From an uncultured Anaerovibrio sp. (lineage in GTDB: Bacteria > Bacillota > Negativicutes > Selenomonadales > Selenomonadaceae), in NCBI RefSeq assembly GCF_902786545.1, contig NZ_CADACU010000001.1: a DNA stretch of 64,000 nt. One strand, given 5' to 3'. Under the pieces are notes generated by a model. It was not told where the DNA came from, ran no database searches, and saw nothing but the letters and a program-made list of their open reading frames with translations. Below, piece after piece: positions 10,065-17,128 of this stretch. The translations under genes and the position numbers were made by a program. Numbering within the stretch: position 1 is the stretch's first letter; each line of letters begins with the position of its first letter.

Positions 10065-11257
10065 CAGCCCTTCAAACCTCCTGAAATGCCGATTTCCTCA
10101 TCTGTTAAATAACATGATGGATCTGACTCCCAAAAATCACCGGTACGGGCTTCCGCTCTGGTCCGGAAATTGCCATTACAATTGTCCAGATACTTGCACT
10201 TGCTGCACCGTCCCTTTAACAGGCTCTTACGGTCCTTCAGCCCGGCCATAATTGGGTGGCTGGTATCCTGCCATATCTCACTGAACTTTCTTTCCCTAAT
10301 ATTACCAAAGGTATGGTGCTGGGTAAACTGATCCGGATGAACATAGCCAAACGGATCCACCTCGCCAAAGGCAATACCTGACCGATTGCCTCCGTTAAGG
10401 GATATGTATTTCTTTATCTGCTCGGCCAGCTGGGTATCACCAGCGGATACAGCCTTTAAATACATATATACACCATCACAGTGATTATCCACGGTGAGAA
10501 TTTCCTTCTCCAGCCCCCGATCCTCAAAATCCTTGGTCCGGCGAATAATGGTATCCATAGCCTGGCGGGACTCTTCCGGTGTCACATCCTCATCCATCAT
10601 ATGATTGCCCCGGCCGGAATAAACCAGATGATAAAAACATACCCGGTTAATATTTTCCCGCTCAATAAAATCAAAAATATTATCCAGCTCCTGAATATTG
10701 TGATGGTTAATAGTAAACCGCAAGCCCACTCGCTGTCCTACCGCCACACAGTTTTGAATGCCGGCCATGGCTTTTTCATAGGCCCCTTCCTGTCCCCGAA
10801 ATTTATCATTTACATCCTTTAAACCATCCAGGGAAATCCCAACATAGCCTACGCCAATATCCTTTATCCGCTGGGCTACTTCTTTTGTAATAAGGGTTCC
10901 ATTGGTGGACAGGGTTGGCCTTACACCCTTTCTCTGGGCATACTCTGCCAACTCAAAAAAATCAGGCCTAATCAGCGGTTCACCACCGGAAAACAACAAA
11001 ACCGGCACCCTGAAATCAGCTAAATCATCAATAAACCGCTTGGCTTCATCAGTAGTCAGTTCATCCTGATATTTTTTACTGTCAGAATTCATATAACAAT
11101 GACGACACTTCAAATTACAGGTTTTGGTGGAATTCCACACCACCACCGGTCCCATACCTTCACCGGCCCCGTTTTTTGCACTGCGGGCTCCCTTGGTATA
11201 TCTCAATGAGTCACCATAATACTCTCTGGCAAATAATAACTTTGTAACACTTATCAT
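10064..11257 (-). CDS. Radical SAM/SPASM enzyme, NirJ1/AhbC-like
   Basis: CNLKCRHCY motif, an N-terminal LLFAREYYGDSLRY segment recalled from the NirJ/AhbC family, and a C-terminal CSKCKYLDNC motif. Confidence 0.6.
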   Translation of the reverse strand: MISVTKLLFAREYYGDSLRYTKGARSAKNGAGEGMGPVVVWNSTKTCNLKCRHCYMNSDSKKYQDELTTDEAKRFIDDLADFRVPVLLFSGGEPLIRPDFFELAEYAQRKGVRPTLSTNGTLITKEVAQRIKDIGVGYVGISLDGLKDVNDKFRGQEGAYEKAMAGIQNCVAVGQRVGLRFTINHHNIQELDNIFDFIERENINRVCFYHLVYSGRGNHMMDEDVTPEESRQAMDTIIRRTKDFEDRGLEKEILTVDNHCDGVYMYLKAVSAGDTQLAEQIKKYISLNGGNRSGIAFGEVDPFGYVHPDQFTQHHTFGNIRERKFSEIWQDTSHPIMAGLKDRKSLLKGRCSKCKYLDNCNGNFRTRAEARTGDFWESDPSCYLTDEEIGISGGLKG

Positions 11258-11287
11258 TATGTATCCCCTAAATATATATGTCCAGCC

Positions 11288-11908
11288 CTAATTGCTTATC
11301 CCGGCAATTATCAGCTTCAATTTCATTTCTATATTTTTTTCAAACGGTATATCTATATGACTATAGGCCGCCGCCTGAAACATTGAATGAAACATTTCGG
11401 AAATAATTTCCGCCGTAACATCCTGTCTGAACTCACCCTTGGCCTGGCCTTCTTTAATCAGTCTCAAAAAGACCCCCATAAACTCCGGTGGCTGCAATCC
11501 CGCCGGTCGGCTGCTCCGTCCTTTGGCATGAGTCATGGCCCCGGTGAACAGCAATGGCAACAAATACCGGTTTTTCCCCACCAGCCGGGCGGTAAACAGA
11601 ACCATTTCCGCAAGAATGACCTTGCTGCTGGTATTGTTGGCCATTATAGTCCGCAGCTCGTCGGACAAGGTACCGGTAAACCGGTTAAGTAGGCTGAGCA
11701 GCACATCCTCCTTAGAGGAAAAATAGTTATAAAAGGTACCCAGTCCCATTCCCGCCGTATTCATAATATCAGCAATGGAAGTATCCATAAAGCCCTTTTC
11801 TGAAAACAACACCACTGCCGTATCCAGTATCTCATTACGAGCTTTTATTTTCTTTTGCTCCCGCCGGCCCAGTTTTTCTTGTTCCACACTGCCACCTGCC
11901 TTCTTCAT
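11288..11908 (-). CDS. TetR/AcrR family transcriptional regulator
   Basis: N-terminal HTH (ILDTAVVLFSEKGFMDTSIADIMNTAGMGLGTFYNYFSSKEDV) and about 200 aa length. Confidence 0.85.
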   Translation of the reverse strand: MKKAGGSVEQEKLGRREQKKIKARNEILDTAVVLFSEKGFMDTSIADIMNTAGMGLGTFYNYFSSKEDVLLSLLNRFTGTLSDELRTIMANNTSSKVILAEMVLFTARLVGKNRYLLPLLFTGAMTHAKGRSSRPAGLQPPEFMGVFLRLIKEGQAKGEFRQDVTAEIISEMFHSMFQAAAYSHIDIPFEKNIEMKLKLIIAGISN

Positions 11909-11938
11909 AAATTATTTTTATTCACAGGCCTTCAATAT

Positions 11939-11953
11939 ATGAATGCCATTCAT
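11939..11953. promoter_or_regulatory. Palindromic candidate TetR operator ATGAATG-N-CATTCAT
   Basis: 7-bp inverted arms between the predicted -10 and the tetR start codon. Confidence 0.45.
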
Positions 11954-11968
11954 CTTTACAGCCACTAA

Positions 11969-11997
11969 AGTATAACATAAAAGACCAGTGACTGCAA
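11969..11997 (-). promoter_or_regulatory. Sigma-70-type promoter TTGCAG-N17-TATACT for the tetR-led operon
   Basis: Hexamers and 17-nt spacing read on the minus strand. Confidence 0.5.
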
Positions 11998-12001
11998 AAG
12001 C

Positions 12002-12033
12002 AAAAATAAAAAGGCGAAGCAAACGCTTCGCCT
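12002..12033 (-). terminator. Rho-independent terminator after tRNA-Arg
   Basis: AGGCGAAGC / GCTTCGCCT stem with a 4-nt loop, followed on the minus strand by TTTTATTTTT. Confidence 0.75.
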
Positions 12034-12044
12034 AAAATCTCAAA

Positions 12045-12122
12045 TGGTGACCCAGGAGGGACTCGAACCCCCGACCCCTTGATTCGTAGTCAAGTACTCT
12101 AATCCAGCTGAGCTACTGAGTC
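12045..12122 (-). tRNA. tRNA-Arg (anticodon ACG), CCA encoded
   Basis: Manual cloverleaf. Acceptor GACTCAG/CTGGGTC, D-arm GCTC..GAGT, anticodon stem CTTGA/TCAAG with loop CTACGAA, T-arm GGGGG-TTCGAGT-CCCTC, discriminator A plus CCA. Close to the E. coli tRNA-Arg(ACG) sequence from memory. Confidence 0.9.
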
Positions 12123-12151
12123 ATTGACTGGTCTAAATAACCAGCAGACAT

Positions 12152-12180
12152 ATTCTACCTCTATATAATCTTTTTGTCAA
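12152..12180 (-). promoter_or_regulatory. Near-consensus promoter TTGACA-N17-TAGAAT driving tRNA-Arg
   Basis: Hexamers and spacing read directly, about 30 nt upstream of the tRNA 5' end. Confidence 0.65.
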
Positions 12181-12215
12181 ATAATTTCTTTAATAACGCA
12201 ACTGGGCTTCGAAAA

Positions 12216-12350
12216 GCCAGATGGAGGTCTATAAGGGGACATCAGTTTCCCTTGGCACTTGGCGAGCACAAACCTCAGTGCCGTGCGAGCTTAGTACCAT
12301 TAGGGAAACTGTCTCGAGCGCGAGCGTGCCCCGTTAGACCTGTATCTGGC
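12216..12350. repeat. 135-nt imperfect palindromic structured element (MITE-like repeat or structured RNA), copy 1
   Basis: Terminal arms GCCAGATGGAGGTCTATAAGGGGAC and GTGCCCCGTTAGACCTGTATCTGGC pair. Inner helices are CAGTTTCCC/GGGAAACTG and GGCACT/AGTGCC, with a side hairpin CTCGAGCGCGAG. No ORF. Confidence 0.6.
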
Positions 12351-12374
12351 TAAAACAGATATGGGATAAAATGG

Positions 12375-12734
12375 TTACAGTTCAGCCTTCTTCACTCCAT
12401 CGGGACAAATGGCCTCACTCAGCTTCAAAAACTCCTTATCAGTTCCGCTACAGGAAAAAATCTTCTGCTGATCTGCCTGAACTGGCTGATTTTCCTCTAC
12501 CCGACTGATATCCAGCTGTATCCGGTTATGCTTATCCTGCCGAAAGGAGTACTCCCCCCGGGTGCTAAGCCATTCATTGACCATCTCCAGATTGATAAAG
12601 GAAGCTTTTTTGTTGTACTCCTTATATTCTTCCGTGGCCGCTGCCGCTGCCTGCTTCATATCGGAAAAGCTGCCCAGAAGATACACATCCAAACTAGTTT
12701 CTGTAGTAATCAGTTTTGTAACAATATATGCCAT
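12375..12734 (-). CDS. Hypothetical protein (119 aa), translationally coupled to the yqeB-family gene
   Basis: TGATG stop/start overlap at 12734. No motif recognised. Confidence 0.5.
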   Translation of the reverse strand: MAYIVTKLITTETSLDVYLLGSFSDMKQAAAAATEEYKEYNKKASFINLEMVNEWLSTRGEYSFRQDKHNRIQLDISRVEENQPVQADQQKIFSCSGTDKEFLKLSEAICPDGVKKAEL

Positions 12735-13597
12735 CAGCTATCTTTCCTCATCTTTTTCCATTTATACCATGGCAGCCGCGATTTCTTCGGCTGCTGGTTT
12801 TCCCAGGCAATTATTGCCTCCAGCACTGAGCCGGACACACAGCGTGACTTGGCGGAAATACTCATACAATTGGCTGGTTTGGTACTTGGATCAATCTCAG
12901 CAATTTTCAATCCTGTCCGCACCGGGCAGTCATCGTGGAGCATCCCCCGCAGCACTCCGGCAATCGGTGTACGAATTTCCAGCACATGACCGCCTTCCAC
13001 ATGAAGCTTGGCAATAAGCTCATTTTTATTGATTACATAGGCGGTCGGATGTCCAGCCTCCAAATAACCGTCACAAGGGGAGTTTATGGAATGGGAGGCC
13101 TTCATCAGGGCTCTGGCTTCCACTGTTTCCTTCTCCGGCATCGCTATACCATCATAAATTATCCGACCCAGATTGTGCCCACGGGAGGTTTCAATGACAC
13201 AGCTCACATCCTTGCCGGCTATAAAACCGGGACCTATGCCAATGGTTAATGGAGCCATATCCTTATGGGTTCCCATATTTCGCTTGGCATAAATGGCATC
13301 CACCAGCACATTCGGCCTCAGCTTGCCCAAGCACTTGGCCTCTGGGTCAACCATGATAACAATATTCCCTTCCTTCAACAGCCGTTCCGCCTGCTTCAAA
13401 TCATCCGCCCGATAACAGGTAGTCCGTTCCACACTGGCCTCTCCGTCGTATATTGCCTCCGAAAAAACGATATTTCTCCGGATAGCCGAAGGAAATTGTC
13501 GCTCCAGCATTAAAACCTTATAACCAGTATTATATAAACGATGGGCGATACCTGTGGCCAGCTCACCGCCCCCACGAATAACCACCAGTTTCTTCAT
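12734..13597 (-). CDS. YqeB/EF2563-family protein (selenium-dependent molybdenum hydroxylase accessory family)
   Basis: N-terminal Rossmann-like MKKLVVIRGGGELATGIAHRL and a size of about 287 aa match my recollection of the short YqeB family. Confidence 0.55.
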   Translation of the reverse strand: MKKLVVIRGGGELATGIAHRLYNTGYKVLMLERQFPSAIRRNIVFSEAIYDGEASVERTTCYRADDLKQAERLLKEGNIVIMVDPEAKCLGKLRPNVLVDAIYAKRNMGTHKDMAPLTIGIGPGFIAGKDVSCVIETSRGHNLGRIIYDGIAMPEKETVEARALMKASHSINSPCDGYLEAGHPTAYVINKNELIAKLHVEGGHVLEIRTPIAGVLRGMLHDDCPVRTGLKIAEIDPSTKPANCMSISAKSRCVSGSVLEAIIAWENQQPKKSRLPWYKWKKMRKDS

Positions 13598-13614
13598 TGC
13601 TCATACACGCCTTT

Positions 13615-14277
13615 CTAGCTGTCCTCATAAATGCGGACCCGGAGTTTTAATCCCCGTTCATCACATATCTTCTGGCATTTATCGATTTCCTGCTGGTTTT
13701 CAACTTTTTCTACTACCGTCATAACCACATTAGAAATATATTCCTTGCAATTCTGGGCAAAATCCAGCATGGCATCAAATGACTTCAGCCCGTACTTCGC
13801 CCGGGTGAGTTCCAAGTACCGCTGGGCATTGGATGCATTTAAGCTTATGGAAATAGTATCCAAAATTCCTCCGGCAAAATCACCGGCAGTAGACCGGCCA
13901 TGAGCCAAATCAGACAATCCATTCGTGTTTAGCCGTGTCTTAACCTCAGGGTGGACTGCCTTAATATACTTTAACAGCTCCACCACTGCGTCCAGACGCA
14001 TGGTTGGCTCACCAAATCCGCAAAAAACTACTTCAGATACATATTCCCATGGCAAATTGTCCAACTCAGCCTTCACCTGTTCCACTGCAGGCTCAGTCTT
14101 GAGCCACAGGCTGCTTTCCTCAGCCATTTCCTTCATATGGCGCAAACAAAAGGTGCAAGCACAATTACATTGATTAGTCAGATTGACATATACGCCCCGT
14201 TTACCTTCGGGCTGTTCCCTCAGACTGTCTTTTATGGGCAAATATCGTCCCCCACTATGAGTTGCATATACTATCAT
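13615..14277 (-). CDS. Radical SAM protein (small, TatD-associated-type)
   Basis: YVNLTNQCNCACTFC CxxxCxxC motif. 220 aa. Confidence 0.7.
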   Translation of the reverse strand: MIVYATHSGGRYLPIKDSLREQPEGKRGVYVNLTNQCNCACTFCLRHMKEMAEESSLWLKTEPAVEQVKAELDNLPWEYVSEVVFCGFGEPTMRLDAVVELLKYIKAVHPEVKTRLNTNGLSDLAHGRSTAGDFAGGILDTISISLNASNAQRYLELTRAKYGLKSFDAMLDFAQNCKEYISNVVMTVVEKVENQQEIDKCQKICDERGLKLRVRIYEDS

Positions 14278-14293
14278 ATCTTCTCCAGCTTTC

Positions 14294-15124
14294 CTATTTC
14301 AGCTCAGTTAAATACTCCTCAAAAGCCAAGCCGTAATTCCATGGCAGATCCAGTTCCACGGTATATTCCAACACCTTATTTATAAAATCTGCCGCTTTTT
14401 CCACTGCTTCATTAAGGGTGAGACCATTTATCAGACTGCCGGCCACAATAGCCGCAAAGGCATCGCCGGTACCGGACCGATCATCCCCCACCTTGTCCTT
14501 TACCACGAAATTCTGACTGCCATTTTTCTCGTACACATAATTCTTAATATGCTTATCATCACTAAGGCCTGTGATAACCACCTGCTCTGGTCCCTTTTCC
14601 GCCAGAGCCCTGGCCATGGATACCAGCTGCTCTTCGCTGGCCTGGCCATTCTTTGGATATTCAATGTCCAAAAGCTGGCAGACTTCCGTAAGATTTGGTG
14701 TCACCAGGTCAGCCCATTTCAACAGGCGTCGCATTTCCCGGCACATCTCCGGCGTATAGGAGGAATACAGCACACCATAATCTCCCATAACTGGATCTAC
14801 CATCACCTTGGTATCATCATTTTTAAACCGATGAATGAATTCCTCCACAATATTGATTTGTTCCAAAGACCCCAAAAAGCCGGTGCAAATCCCATCAAAC
14901 TCTATATTATGCTGCTGCCAGTTTTCCATATAGGGCATCATCCGCTGAGTATAATCATCCAGATAATGCGGCTTAAAGCCGGTATGTACTGACAATATCG
15001 CGGTTGGTAAAGGACAAGCCTGGATTTTCATAGCGGAAATCAAGGGCAGCTCCACTGTAATGGAGCAACGGCCGAAGCCGGTAATATCATTAACCAACGC
15101 GATGCGTTTCTGCCGTTTTTTCAT
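14294..15124 (-). CDS. Pyridoxal/pyridoxamine kinase (ribokinase superfamily)
   Basis: N-terminus IALVNDITGFGRCSITVELPLISA and C-terminal GTGDAFAA anion-hole motif. Confidence 0.8.
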   Translation of the reverse strand: MKKRQKRIALVNDITGFGRCSITVELPLISAMKIQACPLPTAILSVHTGFKPHYLDDYTQRMMPYMENWQQHNIEFDGICTGFLGSLEQINIVEEFIHRFKNDDTKVMVDPVMGDYGVLYSSYTPEMCREMRRLLKWADLVTPNLTEVCQLLDIEYPKNGQASEEQLVSMARALAEKGPEQVVITGLSDDKHIKNYVYEKNGSQNFVVKDKVGDDRSGTGDAFAAIVAGSLINGLTLNEAVEKAADFINKVLEYTVELDLPWNYGLAFEEYLTELK

Positions 15125-15131
15125 TCGTCAA

Positions 15132-16349
15132 TCACCCTTCTGTGTTATTTTTCACTAACCGCAACGGCGGCCGTTCCGTCTGCGGAGTCTGCCGCAGGGC
15201 TCGGGCTATAAGGGCCTGTTCCCGCTGTTTATGGGTCTGGCGACTGATATTGATCAGTATACCCACCGCAAACATAGAAGTTATCAAGGATGTACCACCA
15301 TAACTGATAAACGGCAATGGTACACCCACCACCGGGAACATACCGCTGACCATAAATAGATTAGCCACCGCCTGTCCACCTATAAGCAACAAAATGCCTA
15401 CCCCCAGCAGTTGTCCATACAGGTCTCGGGCATATCGGGCAATCTGAGCCGTATACCAGCAAAAAGCCAGATACACCAACAAGATACCTACTACCACAAA
15501 AAAGCCCATTTCCTGACTAAAAACTGCAAAGGCAAAATCTGTATGTGCTTCTGGCAAATAATCATATTTGCTGAGACCCTGACCTATTCCCATACCAAAC
15601 AGGCCCCCAGACCCAATGGACATCAACGACCGGCAGGTCTGATATCCCTTATCCTGCATATACGACCATGGATCATAGGCTACCATTATTCGTTCAATCC
15701 GATATGGCTGCATGTAGCACATCCCTATTACCGCTACTGCACCCAGCAGAAGCAACCATTTCAGCTTGTGCCATTTCAGGCCACCAACAACCAGCATAAT
15801 GGCCGGAATACCAATAATAATACAGGCTGTACCCATATCAGGTTCAAAATGTACCAGCAGTGCCATGAGCAGAATTATCCCATACTGGCGGTTAAATATA
15901 TTGATTTCCTTGCCAAAATTATTTCGGAAGGAAATATAATACCCTGCCAGCATAATACTGCACATCTTGGCAAATTCCGCCGGCTGTACAGAAAGCCCAG
16001 CCACCAGAATCCATCGCTTGGAGCCGTTGACCGACACTCCAAAGCCAAGAATAAACACCAAGGCAATTATTATCAATCCCGATACCGGTGTTATCCAGGC
16101 CCGCCATTTGTGGTAGTCCACTCTGGCGGCAATACTGCAGGCCACTGCTCCCACCACCATACTGATAATATGGCGCTTCAAATAATAATATGGTGTACCG
16201 CAATCCCGTTCAGCCATAACAAAGGTCGAACTGAACACATTGAACAGTCCGGCTATCAATAATATAATCACCATAGCCAGTACAGCCTCATGATGGTTGT
16301 TCCATATCTTGTTGCGTTTCTTCCTATCCAGACGCTCACGCATAGTCAC
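15132..16349 (-). CDS. FtsW/RodA/SpoVE family peptidoglycan glycosyltransferase
   Basis: About 10 TM segments. PEAHTDFAFAV and LPFISYGGTS motifs are characteristic of SEDS proteins. Confidence 0.85.
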   Translation of the reverse strand: MTMRERLDRKKRNKIWNNHHEAVLAMVIILLIAGLFNVFSSTFVMAERDCGTPYYYLKRHIISMVVGAVACSIAARVDYHKWRAWITPVSGLIIIALVFILGFGVSVNGSKRWILVAGLSVQPAEFAKMCSIMLAGYYISFRNNFGKEINIFNRQYGIILLMALLVHFEPDMGTACIIIGIPAIMLVVGGLKWHKLKWLLLLGAVAVIGMCYMQPYRIERIMVAYDPWSYMQDKGYQTCRSLMSIGSGGLFGMGIGQGLSKYDYLPEAHTDFAFAVFSQEMGFFVVVGILLVYLAFCWYTAQIARYARDLYGQLLGVGILLLIGGQAVANLFMVSGMFPVVGVPLPFISYGGTSLITSMFAVGILINISRQTHKQREQALIARALRQTPQTERPPLRLVKNNTEG

Positions 16350-16996
16350 GGGAATGTTACCTCACAACGATTGATTTTTTCACCAAATCCGCTAAACTTC
16401 CGCTCATATTCGGTCATTATATTATCCGGCCGATTTTCCCCATGAAGATCAAAGGACACATCATCCACCTTCAGTCCGGCTTCTTCAAACTGTTCCAAGG
16501 AAAAATCAAACAATGGCCGATTATCAGTCTTGAATATCAATTTCCCCGGGTGCTTCAGCAGCTTGGAATAACGCCGTAAAAACCCAATATGGGTCAAACG
16601 CCGTTTGGCGTGCCGCGCCTTTGGCCATGGATCACAGAAATTCACATAAAACTGATCCACTTCACCCTCGGAAAAAATATTCTCAATGTTATTTATATCA
16701 AACACCAACAGCTTTACATTGGTCAGCTCCAGCTCCCGGATTTTCTTGGCGGCCATGTACAGCACATCCTGCTGGGCTTCAATGCCAATAAAATTTATTT
16801 CAGGATGCCGCAGGGCCATCTGACTGATAAAATCGCCCTTGCCGGTACCCAGCTCTACATAAAGCTCGCCACTCCGACCAAAGACTTCTGCCCACTTTCC
16901 CTTTTGCTCCTCACCCGCCGGATTATCCTTTGGAAATACAAAGTCATCAAAATTATGAATAGCCTGATCCACCCAAGGCTTTCTTCTCAAACGCAC
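16346..16996 (-). CDS. trmB: tRNA (guanine-N7)-methyltransferase
   Basis: VRLRRKPW.. start, GTGKGDF SAM motif and FCDPWPKARHAKRRL motif. Start reassigned to the GTG at 16996, 7 nt after a GGAG RBS; the tracked ORF extends into the repeat element. Confidence 0.85.
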   Translation of the reverse strand: MRLRRKPWVDQAIHNFDDFVFPKDNPAGEEQKGKWAEVFGRSGELYVELGTGKGDFISQMALRHPEINFIGIEAQQDVLYMAAKKIRELELTNVKLLVFDINNIENIFSEGEVDQFYVNFCDPWPKARHAKRRLTHIGFLRRYSKLLKHPGKLIFKTDNRPLFDFSLEQFEEAGLKVDDVSFDLHGENRPDNIMTEYERKFSGFGEKINRCEVTFP

Positions 16997-17042
16997 AATA
17001 TCGCTCCTATTCTGTAATTTATAGGTATACTTTTTGCCTACA

Positions 17043-17125
17043 GCAACTGTCAACCAGATGGATGTCTATACGGGACAAGGGCTCCAACACAAGCGTACCC
17101 ATTAACCCCGCCTCTGACTTAGTAC
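17043..17125. repeat. Partial second copy of the palindromic element (one arm plus fragments), overlapping the trmB promoter region
   Basis: GCAACTG-N4-CCAGATGGATGTCTATACGGGAC matches copy 1 (GCAACTG-N12-CCAGATGGAGGTCTATAAGGGGAC). CTTAGTAC is also shared. The opposite arm is absent. Confidence 0.5.
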
Positions 17126-17128
17126 AGA

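Noticed and set aside
12253-12268. Sigma-54-like promoter spacing TGGCAC-N..-GC inside the palindromic element.
   Set aside because: The -12 region reads GAGC rather than TTGC. It points antisense into the upstream operon, and the nearby bEBP-type regulator lacks GAFTGA. It is probably a coincidence.
12198-12350. Identification of the structured element as SRP RNA, 6S RNA, a cobalamin or c-di-AMP riboswitch, or a retron msr/msd.
   Set aside because: The hallmark sequences I recall (the SRP GGAAGCAGCC region, the B12 box, ACGGGGA..CCA repeats) are absent. It is too short for 6S, and no reverse transcriptase or regulated downstream gene is present. It is left unclassified.
15411-16262. 283-aa plus-strand ORF. 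Similar long antisense ORFs occur at 58284-59075, 48183-48797, 56175-56735, 36397-36951 and 41150-41722.
   Set aside because: Each lies entirely antisense to a well-supported gene (ftsW family, acyltransferase, kdsA, lpxA, atpB, DUF3084). They have low-complexity or atypical composition and no RBS, so they are shadow ORFs.
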